This document shows positions 1 through 9,818 of a stretch of 64,000 bases of DNA, one piece after another. Origin of the DNA: Nitrospinales bacterium. Lineage in GTDB: Bacteria; Nitrospinota; Nitrospinia; Nitrospinales; VA-1. A model generated the notes under the pieces. It was not told the DNA's origin. It saw only the letters and a list, made by a program, of their open reading frames with translations, and did no database searches. A program made the position numbers and the translations under genes. The stretch lies in NCBI GenBank assembly GCA_965223795.1, contig CBDCXL010000002.1, positions 3,168,001 to 3,232,000 on the forward strand, written 5' to 3'. Within the stretch, counting starts at the first letter, position 1, and each line of letters opens with the position of its first letter.

Positions 1-226
1 CGATGGCAAAACGCCCGCTGGTGGAAAACATGGGCTGATGGCCTTCTGGCGAGAGATCGAGAATGGACAGCCGCCGGTGCGCCAGACCGATGCCCGCATC
101 GCGGTCCATCCAGATGCCGGAATCATCGGGGCCGCGGTGGATGAGTATATCTTTCATCCGCGTGAGGCAGCCCTGCCAATCCAGGTCCTGGCCCTTGCTG
201 TTATAAAATCCGGCGATGCCGCACAT
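1..226 (-). CDS. asnB: Asparagine synthase-like glutamine amidotransferase, 5' part only (runs off window start)
   Basis: ATG at 226 reads MCGIAGFYNSKG...HRGPDD...LAHRRLSILDLSPEGHQPMFSTSGRFAI; 1..237 is near-identical to 2015..2251. Confidence 0.85.
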   Translation of the reverse strand, partial: MCGIAGFYNSKGQDLDWQGCLTRMKDILIHRGPDDSGIWMDRDAGIGLAHRRLSILDLSPEGHQPMFSTSGRFAI

Positions 227-237
227 GCGCGTTACCT
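1..237. repeat. Direct repeat copy 1 (copy 2 at 2015..2251), 2 mismatches in 237 nt
   Basis: Direct comparison; differences at positions 22 and 38 only. Confidence 0.95.
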
Positions 238-263
238 GAAAAAGTTAGTTTGTGTTGCCGTTG

Positions 264-2240
264 TTAAAGAGATCCGGCGACGGGGGCCTTCTCCCTCGAT
301 TGCTGCCGTTCAAGCCAGGCTTGAAAACTCAAAACATTCCAAATGAAATACTGCCAGTCCCGCTGTCCGGATGCGTGTTCCAGCCAGCGCTTGCGGATCG
401 GCGCAGGATCGAAATAGCCTTCGCGCTCGATCCGGCTTTCCTCAAGCAGGTCCTCCGCCCAGGCGCGCAACGGGCCGCGCAGCCAGCTGCCGATGGGGAT
501 GGCGAATCCTTTTTTGGGCCGCTCGATGAGCTGTTTGGGCACGTAGCGGTACAACACCTGGCGCAGCAACCATTTGCTCTGGCCGTTTCTCACTTTCATA
601 TTGAGCGGCATGCGCCACGCCGCCTCGACCACGCGGTGATCGAGCAGCGGCACCCGCGCTTCCAGGCTGACGCCCATGCTGGCGCGGTCCACCTTGGTGA
701 GGATGTCATCGGGCAGATAGGTCACCGTGTCCAAAAGCATCATCTGATGGGTGAAGTCCAGATGCTTCTCGCCGGCCCAGCCGTTCGAGTAGTAGGTTGC
801 CGGCTCGTGCGCGCCCTTTACCAGGGTGCCTTCGCTGCGCCATTGCGAGATGAGCTTAAGGTACAAAGCCTGCGGGCTTTCCGCATCCAGCATGCTGGCG
901 AGCTTGTGCAGCTTGTCGCCAGGGATGGCGGTTTTGGCGTTGCGTGAATAGAGAAATCCGAGCGGGCTCAGCACGCGGTTCCACTGTTCCGGAGACACCG
1001 CGACCATCCATTTCGCCGCCTGTTTTCTCAGTGGAGCGGGGACCCATTTCAATTTGTTCCAGATCGACCTTCCCCAGTTGTAGCGGTGGTATCCCGCGAA
1101 CAGTTCGTCGCCGCCGTCGCCGGACAAAGAGACGGTGACCTTCTGTCTGGCAAGCTGGGAGACGAGAAAGGTCGGGATCTGCGACGCATCGGAAAACGGC
1201 TCGTCGTAAAGTTCCGGCAGGCGCGGGATGATGGCACGCGCTTCCTCGGGCGTGACGTAGAGTTCGGTGTGGTCGGTTCCCAGGTGCTGAGCGACTTTTT
1301 TCGCGTCCTTGGCCTCGTTGTGCGTTTCCTCGAAAAAACCGATGGAAAAGGTTTTGACGGGATCGTTGCTCTGTGCCTGCATGAGGGCGACGACGGTGGA
1401 GGAGTCGATGCCTCCGGAAAGGAACGCTCCCAGCGGCACGTCGGCGATCATGCGCAGCTTGACGGCGTCGCGCAAAAGCGCATCGAGGTGCTCGACGGCT
1501 TCCTCATCGGAACCGGTGAACGGGTTTGCCGCTCCCTGCTCGGCCGCCTGCCGCGCCGACCAGTACGCTTCGGTCTTTGGTTCGGATTTTCCACCGCAGC
1601 ACTTCAACGTCAGAATCTGACCGGGAATGAGCTTGGAAACTCCCTGGTAAATCGAATGCGGAAGCGGCACGTCGCCGTAACGCATGAACAGAGCCAACGC
1701 GTTGCGGTCGATCTCGTTGCTGAAATCGGGATGTTCCTTGAAGGCTTTGAGCTCGGAGGCGAAGAGGAAGGAATCGCCCTGCCAGCCGTAGTAGACGGGC
1801 TTGATGCCGAGCCGGTCGCGCACGAGATGCAGCGTTCTTTCGGTGCTGTCCCACAGGGCGAAGGCGAACATGCCGATGAACTTTTCGACGGCGTTTTTGA
1901 GACCCCAGTGCTCGATGGCTTCCAAGATCACTTCGGTGTCGGAATGGCCGCGCCAGCCCGTATGCGGCAGTTCGTTTCGGATCGCCTCGAAATTGTAGAT
2001 CTCGCCGTTGAAGACGATGGCAAAACGCCCGCTGGCGGAAAACATGGGCTGGTGGCCTTCTGGCGAGAGATCGAGAATGGACAGCCGCCGGTGCGCCAGA
2101 CCGATGCCCGCATCGCGGTCCATCCAGATGCCGGAATCATCGGGGCCGCGGTGGATGAGTATATCTTTCATCCGCGTGAGGCAGCCCTGCCAATCCAGGT
2201 CCTGGCCCTTGCTGTTATAAAATCCGGCGATGCCGCACAT
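264..2240 (-). CDS. asnB: Asparagine synthase (glutamine-hydrolysing), polysaccharide-locus amidotransferase
   Basis: MCGIAG Ntn start, FNGEIYN, RDRLGIKP, FLSGGIDSS, SGDGGDELF, KVDRASM, RPKKGF. Confidence 0.95.
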   Translation of the reverse strand: MCGIAGFYNSKGQDLDWQGCLTRMKDILIHRGPDDSGIWMDRDAGIGLAHRRLSILDLSPEGHQPMFSASGRFAIVFNGEIYNFEAIRNELPHTGWRGHSDTEVILEAIEHWGLKNAVEKFIGMFAFALWDSTERTLHLVRDRLGIKPVYYGWQGDSFLFASELKAFKEHPDFSNEIDRNALALFMRYGDVPLPHSIYQGVSKLIPGQILTLKCCGGKSEPKTEAYWSARQAAEQGAANPFTGSDEEAVEHLDALLRDAVKLRMIADVPLGAFLSGGIDSSTVVALMQAQSNDPVKTFSIGFFEETHNEAKDAKKVAQHLGTDHTELYVTPEEARAIIPRLPELYDEPFSDASQIPTFLVSQLARQKVTVSLSGDGGDELFAGYHRYNWGRSIWNKLKWVPAPLRKQAAKWMVAVSPEQWNRVLSPLGFLYSRNAKTAIPGDKLHKLASMLDAESPQALYLKLISQWRSEGTLVKGAHEPATYYSNGWAGEKHLDFTHQMMLLDTVTYLPDDILTKVDRASMGVSLEARVPLLDHRVVEAAWRMPLNMKVRNGQSKWLLRQVLYRYVPKQLIERPKKGFAIPIGSWLRGPLRAWAEDLLEESRIEREGYFDPAPIRKRWLEHASGQRDWQYFIWNVLSFQAWLERQQSREKAPVAGSL

Positions 2241-2251
2241 GCGCGTTACCT
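2015..2251. repeat. Direct repeat copy 2 (5' end of asnB plus 11 nt upstream)
   Basis: Matches 1..237 at offset 2014. Confidence 0.95.
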
Positions 2252-2331
2252 ATTAAAGAGTGATTGCTGGTTCAATAAATCCGTTACGACCGCAGCCTTT
2301 ATTTCCCTTCCACTATCGGAGACAGCAGGAA

Positions 2332-3495
2332 TCACACAACGTGGCTGCTCAATACTTTGTGATACACCGACTCGTAATCGTGCGTGACCGATGGCAGCGA
2401 GAAGGAATGGACGATCCGTTCCCGTGCCCGCTCTCCCAATTGAGCCCGTTCCAGAGACGTCAGATTGAACATGCGGTCCCAGGCATTCGCCAGCGCGTCG
2501 GGTTCCCTGGGCGGGACGATGAATCCCGTGTCTCCGATGATGTAGCGGTTTTCTCCCACGTCCGTGGCGACACAGGGGACGCCGCAGGCCATGGCCTCGC
2601 CGAGAACATTGGAAAACCCTTCCTCGATGGAGGAGGAGCACACCATGTCCAGACCCGGCATGATCCGGTTCAGATCCCTGCGTTCTCCCAGAAGATGAAA
2701 GCGGGAATGGAGGTTCCGGTTTGCGATCGCATCGACGAGAATCCGGTTGGTTTCGTCCACATGGGTCCCTGCCAGGACAAAATGAACGTCGTCGCGGAAT
2801 TCTGAAATGCACGCGGCGGCGCGGACGAACGTTTCGTGGTCTTTGTGGGCGTGGTAGCGTCCGAATAAACCGATCGTGTGGGCCGTCGCCTCAATACCCA
2901 GTTCCCGGTGGATTCTTTGCTTCGCCTCACGCGAGGGCGAAAAGGAATCGGTGTCGAAACCGTTCGGGATCACGGTGCTTTTGGAAGACAGGTATCCCAG
3001 AGCTTCGTGCTGCTGAGCGCTCACCTTCGAGTTGTAAATGATCATCATCGGCTTGCGCGACAATTTGGCGCCCAGAGCGATGACCCAGGCGGTGGAACGC
3101 TTTTCGTTTTTCAATCCGTCGATGCCGTGGCGGATGCTCCACAAAACGGGGCCCGCCTGCGGCAGGAACGAGTTGGCGAATTGCGCCGCCAGATTGCCGT
3201 GGTACATCCAGCCCTGCAACAGATCCGGCTGCAGCGATTTGACCAGGCGGACCAGACGCAGACCGGACACGGGGTCGGAGGTGGTTTTTTTCATGTCGAG
3301 CGCATAAACCGGTATGTCCAGCTCGCGGATTTTTTCACCCACGGTTCCCACTTCCATGAGGGAGATCACTTCCGGAGCGAATTCGTTCCGGTCCATGCGC
3401 GAGAGGAGCTTGTACAGCATCATCTCCGCGCCTCCGGTGTGGAGGTTCGTGATGATGAAGACGATTCTGCATTTGGAATTCTTAACGGTCATCAC
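2332..3495 (-). CDS. Glycosyltransferase family 4
   Basis: GGAE N-terminal motif, IPNGFD, EGFSNVLGEAMACGVPCVATDVG. Confidence 0.93.
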   Translation of the reverse strand: MMTVKNSKCRIVFIITNLHTGGAEMMLYKLLSRMDRNEFAPEVISLMEVGTVGEKIRELDIPVYALDMKKTTSDPVSGLRLVRLVKSLQPDLLQGWMYHGNLAAQFANSFLPQAGPVLWSIRHGIDGLKNEKRSTAWVIALGAKLSRKPMMIIYNSKVSAQQHEALGYLSSKSTVIPNGFDTDSFSPSREAKQRIHRELGIEATAHTIGLFGRYHAHKDHETFVRAAACISEFRDDVHFVLAGTHVDETNRILVDAIANRNLHSRFHLLGERRDLNRIMPGLDMVCSSSIEEGFSNVLGEAMACGVPCVATDVGENRYIIGDTGFIVPPREPDALANAWDRMFNLTSLERAQLGERARERIVHSFSLPSVTHDYESVYHKVLSSHVV

Positions 3496-4805
3496 CAGAC
3501 TTCCCTAGGTCGTGGAGCGGGTTTTGGGGATGTTGCGGGCTTCAAGGAGTCGTAGAAAGCCAGGGCTCCCAGTAAACCGAGCAAGCCGACAACATTGCGG
3601 TTCTGCAATAGATTGTGGTCGTGAACTCCGGCCAGTGCCAGCGCGAACACGAATATCATCCCGCGCAGGTCTTTCAAGCGCCAGAAATGGGAAAACGTCA
3701 CCACAAGAAAAATCAGATAAAAGAGAATGCCGAGTATTCCATTTTCCACCCAGTGCTTGAGATACATGTTGTGCGCGGGATAGAAACGGGTGCGGGAAAA
3801 GTTGGTGCCGTGCCCCAGAAGCGGGGCCTTTTCCACCAGATCCAGGTATTCGACGACCAGGTACTTGCGTTCATGATCCGTCGCGAACGAAAGGTCGCCC
3901 TTGGTGAATTCAAAGATGGTGTTGATGCGCGCCTGGGTTGCCTGGTCCGCGAACATGATGTTGCTTTCCACCATGTGGCGTGACAGGGGAAAGATCACGA
4001 AGAACAGCAGCAGGATCACGCTTATTGAAAAGCCGATTTTTTTCAGTACCGATTCCCGCTTCAGGCTGACGAAGACATAGATCGAGAGCACGATGAGAAA
4101 AAGGATCAGGTTGCCCACTGAAAGCGTCGGGATCACGCCCATGGCGGCGAGCGCCCAGATGAGCAGGTTGAGCCAGTCGTGTTTTTTCCAGTTGGTGGCC
4201 GCAATGGCGAGCAGAACGATGCTCAAGGCCCCTTCGTTGGCATTGCCCATGAAACCGGAAGCTCTTCCGGTATTTTCCGAAAATTCCAGGGGATTCTGGA
4301 CGGAATACCAGATACCCGCGAACGCCGCCAGGAAGATAATGAACAGGATCCCGCGGTAATGCTTGCGGACCGTGGCGCTGCTCGCGATGCCGATGCACAG
4401 AGCCATCAGCAGCCAGTGGTACATGTCCATCACGATGGAACGGAAGCCCTGGTACCAGTATGCTCCCGGATGCATGCCCCAGACCAGCGAGATCAGGGCT
4501 ACCAGCCAGAAAGGAACGAGCACCCTGAGCGTGTTGCGGTAAATAAACGTGAGCTGGGAGCCCTGGTTCCTGAAAATGCTGAAGAACAGGATGGGCATGA
4601 ACAGCATCATCAGCAGGACCAGAGGCGGCGACGACTTCGGGAAAAAAGGAAAATTCTTGTACGCCAGAAACGCGTCGGCCCCGGTCAGTACGGGAAATAA
4701 AACCAGAGTGAACACCACGAACAGAGAGATTTTGTAAAAAGTGTTCTCGGTTTGCTCCGGTTTTGTCAATTCAATGGGAGCTTCTTTCACTAAGGTGTTG
4801 GACAT
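3492..4805 (-). CDS. O-antigen ligase/Wzy polymerase family membrane protein
   Basis: Many TM segments, RASGFMGNAN, PLLGHG, AHNMYL motifs. Confidence 0.8.
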   Translation of the reverse strand: MSNTLVKEAPIELTKPEQTENTFYKISLFVVFTLVLFPVLTGADAFLAYKNFPFFPKSSPPLVLLMMLFMPILFFSIFRNQGSQLTFIYRNTLRVLVPFWLVALISLVWGMHPGAYWYQGFRSIVMDMYHWLLMALCIGIASSATVRKHYRGILFIIFLAAFAGIWYSVQNPLEFSENTGRASGFMGNANEGALSIVLLAIAATNWKKHDWLNLLIWALAAMGVIPTLSVGNLILFLIVLSIYVFVSLKRESVLKKIGFSISVILLLFFVIFPLSRHMVESNIMFADQATQARINTIFEFTKGDLSFATDHERKYLVVEYLDLVEKAPLLGHGTNFSRTRFYPAHNMYLKHWVENGILGILFYLIFLVVTFSHFWRLKDLRGMIFVFALALAGVHDHNLLQNRNVVGLLGLLGALAFYDSLKPATSPKPAPRPREVW

Positions 4806-5911
4806 AACACCGCCTCCGTTCTTGCGACAAGTTGAGCCACGCTGAAATTGTTTTCAATTCTCGATCTGGCCTGGGCCGTGGTTTCTTCCGTGGACCGGTT
4901 CAGGCACGTTTCCCAGCCGTTCGCCAGGGCTTGCGGATCTTTGGGAGGGACCACGACTCCCGAATCGCCGACCAGCCAGGAGGAGTCGCCCACGTCCGTG
5001 ACCACGCAGGGCACGCCGCAGGCCATGGCCTCGCCGATGACGTTGGGAAACCCTTCTCCAAATGAGGAGGAAGAGCAGACGATATTCAAAGCGTTGTACA
5101 CGCGCGGCATGTCCTTTCTGGAGCCGGCCCAGATGATGCGGCCGGTGAGATTCATCTCATGGGCTGCCTGCACGAGTTTGGCTTTGTAGGTCTCAGGGCC
5201 GTTTCCGATGCAGACGAAGCGGACCTGCGGCCGGTTCTGGATCAGCAGCGCCGCGGCCTGAAGAAACGTCATGTGATCCTTCATCGGGTCGAGCCGACCC
5301 ACCAGACCGATCAGAGTTTCCGGGTCCGTCACACCCCATTCCCTGCGAACGGGAATTCCGGCGGCGCGGTCCGGCTTGAACTTGTGCAGATCGATCCCAT
5401 TGGGGATGACGATCATTTTGTTCTCGGGAAACCCCTCGGAGGCCGCATGACGGTAACCGGCTTTGGAATTGACGATGATCGAGTCGGCGAAGCGTGACAG
5501 CATGCACTCCAGTTTGTGGTGGTAACGGGAAACCAGATCGTAAAACGATAGATCCATATTCGATGCGCGCAGCCCCCAGATCATGCGGGTCCTGGGTAAA
5601 AACGGTTTCAGGAGCACCGTGAGACAGTTCGCGGTGCCCAGATATCCCTGAATCAGATTCGGTTTGTAGAGACGCATTTCCCTGACCAGGCGATACAGGA
5701 ACCGGAACACGTCCCAGCGGCCGCGCTTGTCCAAAGAAACGTATTTCACATGCGGCATGTTTTTCACTTCATCTCCGAACAGGCCTCCGCCATAAAAAGT
5801 CATGAGGCACAGATCGTACTTTTTCGGGTCGAGGCCTTTGATGAGCGCCAGCAGCTGGCGCTGGGCGCCTCCCTCGTTCAACATGCGTATGAGAAAACAG
5901 ATGCGTGTCAT
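4790..5911 (-). CDS. Glycosyltransferase family 4
   Basis: GGAQRQL, IPNGID, GRLDPMKDH, EGFPNVIGEAMACGVP. Confidence 0.93.
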   Translation of the reverse strand: MTRICFLIRMLNEGGAQRQLLALIKGLDPKKYDLCLMTFYGGGLFGDEVKNMPHVKYVSLDKRGRWDVFRFLYRLVREMRLYKPNLIQGYLGTANCLTVLLKPFLPRTRMIWGLRASNMDLSFYDLVSRYHHKLECMLSRFADSIIVNSKAGYRHAASEGFPENKMIVIPNGIDLHKFKPDRAAGIPVRREWGVTDPETLIGLVGRLDPMKDHMTFLQAAALLIQNRPQVRFVCIGNGPETYKAKLVQAAHEMNLTGRIIWAGSRKDMPRVYNALNIVCSSSSFGEGFPNVIGEAMACGVPCVVTDVGDSSWLVGDSGVVVPPKDPQALANGWETCLNRSTEETTAQARSRIENNFSVAQLVARTEAVLCPTP

Positions 5912-6669
5912 TTCAAGTTCACCAGAGGGTTCCAGACCGAGCGCTTGAAGCGCAGGGACGCAAGGTAAAACCTGGAAAACAATCCGTCCATCCAGGTGCG
6001 GTTGCGGTCCTGGTATTCCACTACGATTTCATCCAGGCTCCGGATCCGGGGCCGGAACCGTTTGACCTGTTCCCGGAAACGGGACAGATCCTGATCCGTC
6101 CAGGTGTTGTGGTGAAAACCGATGGTCCAGGCGCCCAGGAACATCGAACGAAAGCGCCATAACTGCTGCGGGATCCACATCATCTCGTCCGCGTCCGTGT
6201 GCGGAAACAGAAAGTGTCCGTCGCTGATGAGGCGGATGCCGTGTTTTTTGAGAATCTTCAACGTCAACGCGTCGAATGAGTGGCCTGGCGCGATCCAGAC
6301 TTTCGGCGTCACGTTTTCCCGGTGAAAAATTTCCAGGGAATTTTTGATTTTTGCTTCCTGCTCGGCGTCGGAAAGACCGGCGAATTCGCTGAAACGGTTT
6401 AAGCCCAGGATGCCCGGGTTTTCCGTGGTGTAGTGGTGCTGGTAGCCGTGGATGCCGATCGACCAGCCGCGTTCCTGCCATTGGCGCACGCAATCCCAGA
6501 ACCGCTCGTTGGCGGGGGAAACCTTGAGGGTCTGATCCCGGTTGTCGGGAACCACCGCCAGGATCGGTTTGATCCCGTTTTCAATGAGTGTGGCTTCGAT
6601 TTCTTTCCAGATGTCCCAGTTCATGGTGGGACAGATGTCATCGAAGCGGAGTAAATAAGAAGCGCTCAT
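5908..6669 (-). CDS. DUF2334-like polysaccharide deacetylase (NodB/CE4 fold)
   Basis: LRFDDI, IHGYQH, APGHSFD motifs; overlapping stop/start with neighbours. Confidence 0.75.
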   Translation of the reverse strand: MSASYLLRFDDICPTMNWDIWKEIEATLIENGIKPILAVVPDNRDQTLKVSPANERFWDCVRQWQERGWSIGIHGYQHHYTTENPGILGLNRFSEFAGLSDAEQEAKIKNSLEIFHRENVTPKVWIAPGHSFDALTLKILKKHGIRLISDGHFLFPHTDADEMMWIPQQLWRFRSMFLGAWTIGFHHNTWTDQDLSRFREQVKRFRPRIRSLDEIVVEYQDRNRTWMDGLFSRFYLASLRFKRSVWNPLVNLK

Positions 6670-7793
6670 GGTTGTTCACTCACTTTTTCGAGCGTGGTGG
6701 CAATGACCTGCTCCCACATCCGCGAAACTTTTTCTAAAGAAAAACGGTCGGACACTTCCTGTGCGCGCGCCGCCAGGCTCTTGCGATATGCTTCATCGCC
6801 CATCAGCCGGTCGAGCCCCTCGGCCAGACCGCTCACATCCTGCGCGGGAACCAGAAGCCCGTCGACGCCGTCGCGGATGATGGCCCTGGGACCGGTGGGG
6901 CAGTCGAAGCTGATCACCGGCAGACCGCAGGCCATGGCCTCGCAGAGAACGTTGGGGAATCCTTCGTAGCGGGACGAAAGCGCGAATAGATCCGCCTCCA
7001 TCATTTTTTCAGCCGGCTGCTTGGTGACGCCGGCAAGCTCGACGGAATCGGTCAGTCCCAGCTCGTCGCGCAGGTTTTCCAGCTCCTGGGCCGGCTTTTT
7101 GTCGTGGATGGCGCCCCAGATCTTGAGCGACCAATCCGGATATTTGTGCGCCACCTTCGAGAAGGCCTGGATCAACAGATCGAATCCCTTCTGCTCGTTC
7201 ACCCTTCCCATTGCCAGCAGGGTTTTGCGTGCATCTTTTTTCAATACATGCGCCCCGTTGGTCTTCCTGATTTCGGGAGGACGCACCGGATTGGGGATCA
7301 GCCAGATCGGCGCTTTCACGCATTTTGAAAAATATTCGCGGATTGCATCGGTCTGCACGATCAGTCCCGCGGACTGCGAATACGCCCAGGGACGGATTTT
7401 GTGCCACAGTTTCCGGCCCGAGAGGCTTTCGGGAAGATTCCGTTCCGAGACCAGGACCGGGATCTTGAGTCCCTTGGCCGCCACCGCGGTGATGATGTTC
7501 TGCTGCACGCCGAAACAGATGACCATCTCCGGTTTGCTGCGCCGGATGGCCCGCCGCAACTGCCAGAGTCGCTTGAGGTTGAAAAACACCGCTTCTTTCC
7601 AGTTCGCCGACACGGTGACGAGGTCGAGCGGCCGGTAGTCGATGTCCGGATGCAGCTCATAAAAAGGCGGATAGCCGTCGAACGTGATGATGGTGATCTC
7701 CCAGCCTTTTTCAGCCCAATGGTTCGCCAGCGTCGTCAGCACGCGCTCGGCGCCGCCGGGTGTGAGGGCGTTTATGATGAAGGTCAGCCTCAT
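6666..7793 (-). CDS. Glycosyltransferase family 4 (PglH/PglJ/AmsD-like)
   Basis: Start MRLTFIINAL coupled to upstream stop (ATGA); GGAERV, SRYEGFPNVLCEAMACGLP. Confidence 0.92.
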   Translation of the reverse strand: MRLTFIINALTPGGAERVLTTLANHWAEKGWEITIITFDGYPPFYELHPDIDYRPLDLVTVSANWKEAVFFNLKRLWQLRRAIRRSKPEMVICFGVQQNIITAVAAKGLKIPVLVSERNLPESLSGRKLWHKIRPWAYSQSAGLIVQTDAIREYFSKCVKAPIWLIPNPVRPPEIRKTNGAHVLKKDARKTLLAMGRVNEQKGFDLLIQAFSKVAHKYPDWSLKIWGAIHDKKPAQELENLRDELGLTDSVELAGVTKQPAEKMMEADLFALSSRYEGFPNVLCEAMACGLPVISFDCPTGPRAIIRDGVDGLLVPAQDVSGLAEGLDRLMGDEAYRKSLAARAQEVSDRFSLEKVSRMWEQVIATTLEKVSEQP

Positions 7794-9178
7794 TGTGCAC
7801 CTGCCGTGATGCGTTGCATTTTCCGCTTCAGACCAACGGACAGAAACCAGTTCGAAACCAGATAGACGCACGCCGTCGAAAGCGCGATTCCGGAAACCCC
7901 CATGAACTGCATGAACGTGTAGTTCAGGACGATGTTCAGGGGAAAGGAAATCAGGGTTCCGTAAAACAGAAGCTGGTTGTACTTGAGCGAGGAGATCAGG
8001 CGCACCTTCATGATCGAAAGAATGTAGAACGGAATCTGCAATGCGTACATGGCCTGGATCTCTCCGACCAGCAAGGTGTCCTGCTCGGTGAATGCGCCGC
8101 GTTCGAAAAACAGCCGGATCAGCGGTTCGGAAAAGGCATAGATCAGGATCGTCAGCGGCACCGAAATTTGAAAGATCAGCAGGGAATATTTTTTCAACGT
8201 GTCGGCGATGCCGTCCCAGTCCTCATTGGCGGCCATTTTCGAAAAATAGGGCAGGACCGCGGTGCCCAGTCCCATCGCGCCGATCGCCAGGATCGCGGCG
8301 GGAATACGGCTCCCGTAACCCAGCGCGGCGACGCTGCCCGATTCCAGCATGGCCGCCATCGACTGATCGACGATGTAGGTGCCGGCCATGATCATGGCGC
8401 CGCCGAGAATGGGAAAATACTGTTTGATGACGCCGCGGATCTGCGGCGTCAACCCGACCCAGCGCGGGCGCAGCTTGATGTTTTTGCGTTTCAGTCCCCA
8501 GGCCAGTAGCAGTCCCTGACAGGCGAAACCGATGAGGATTCCCAGCACCAGCGCGTGAATGCCGAGCGCCGGTGCGAAGGCGATCATGGCGCCGATGGAC
8601 GCGATCGAAATCACCAGCGGCGAAAACGCGACCAGCGCGAAGTTTTCCCCCGCGTTGAGGATGGAGCTGAAAATGGCCGCCAACCCGTTGAGGATGATCA
8701 CCGGCAGGAGAAAGAAAAACAGTTTCTGCGTCAAAGCCAGCTTTTCGGCGTCGAAGCCGGAGCCGAACAGCGGCAGGATGAACGGCGAGCACAGCGCCAG
8801 CAGCACCATCATCGCCAGCAGGAAACCGACGCACAGCGTCAGGATGCTGCCCGCCAGTTCCTGCGCGGCCTCGGGGCTGTTCTGGTCCCGCTCCTGGATG
8901 TACGCGGGGATCACCGAAGCGTCGAACGAACTGGTGACGATGGTGACCGTGAACGAGGGCAGGATGTAGGCGATGAGGTACGCGTCCATCGCGTCGCTGG
9001 TGCCGTACGAGTAGGCGACCACCAGCTCCTTCAGCATGCCCAGCGCTTTCACGGCGACGGAGCACAGCGCGACGATCAGCGCCGCGCCGAAAATTTTCCG
9101 GTTGGTGGATTTATTGATCAACCGGTTCCACTGACAGGTCAGGTTTTTCAAACTGTACGTTGCCGTCGAATCTGTCAT
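7790..9178 (-). CDS. MurJ/MviN-like MOP flippase
   Basis: GTSDAMDAY, VDQSMA, LFFERGAFT, about 12 TM segments. Confidence 0.85.
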   Translation of the reverse strand: MTDSTATYSLKNLTCQWNRLINKSTNRKIFGAALIVALCSVAVKALGMLKELVVAYSYGTSDAMDAYLIAYILPSFTVTIVTSSFDASVIPAYIQERDQNSPEAAQELAGSILTLCVGFLLAMMVLLALCSPFILPLFGSGFDAEKLALTQKLFFFLLPVIILNGLAAIFSSILNAGENFALVAFSPLVISIASIGAMIAFAPALGIHALVLGILIGFACQGLLLAWGLKRKNIKLRPRWVGLTPQIRGVIKQYFPILGGAMIMAGTYIVDQSMAAMLESGSVAALGYGSRIPAAILAIGAMGLGTAVLPYFSKMAANEDWDGIADTLKKYSLLIFQISVPLTILIYAFSEPLIRLFFERGAFTEQDTLLVGEIQAMYALQIPFYILSIMKVRLISSLKYNQLLFYGTLISFPLNIVLNYTFMQFMGVSGIALSTACVYLVSNWFLSVGLKRKMQRITAGAQ

Positions 9179-9395
9179 TCAATGACCTGATGGATGGTGG
9201 ATATGTATGCGGAGGGGAGGCGAATCGTAGGAGGAGCGATAATATCGCTTCGGCCTGTTCCGGCAGGATCCGGCCTCCTGTTCCCCCGTGCAACCGTCCC
9301 TGGTTCAAAGATTTTCAGGGAATGTTCAAAAATTTAGTTTAATCCCAAAACCGAATGCTGCAACTGTTTCGATCGTTGCCTGACGGGATCTGTTG

Positions 9396-9412
9396 TTCAA
9401 CCAGTGTGCCAC
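9396..9412 (-). promoter_or_regulatory. Possible sigma54 promoter for the murJ-like operon
   Basis: Minus strand TGGCACACTGGTTGAA; GG-N10-GA deviates from GC at -12. Confidence 0.35.
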
Positions 9413-9770
9413 TCTAATATTGGGAATTCATTGAGGTTTTGTAACGGTTTGTTGACAGATCGCAGGTGGTGATGGATCGCTGATCCCTGGATGGCGGGAT
9501 GGCTTATAGATTTACATTAACCGCACAAATTTTATGTAACTTCCTGAAAAGTAAGGAGTTATTGATAAGACATTCGCCTTGCGCACAAGGGATTTCGATG
9601 ACCTAAGAATACAGGAAACCCTGAAAAAATGTCAATTTAATCTGGCTGCGGCTTCCGCATTCGGAAAGTAAATTTCCACCTGATTATTCGGAACCCCAGG
9701 CCCTGGGCCCGGGACCGGGAAAAGCGGCGAAAATGGGCCCGCTGAGAGCCTCAGGAGGGCAGGGCCGACC

Positions 9771-9800
9771 GCACCGGAAAGCCCGCCGGCTTTCCGGTGC
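9771..9800. terminator. Perfect 13-bp hairpin downstream of ugd (terminator or stability element)
   Basis: GCACCGGAAAGCC-cgcc-GGCTTTCCGGTGC; no U tract. Confidence 0.5.
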
Positions 9801-9818
9801 CAGGTTGGCGATACGGGA

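Noticed and set aside
2575..6945. Repeated cgcaggccatggcctcgc at about 2583, 5017 and 6926
   Set aside because: Encodes the conserved EAMAC motif of three GT4 paralogs; not an independent repeat
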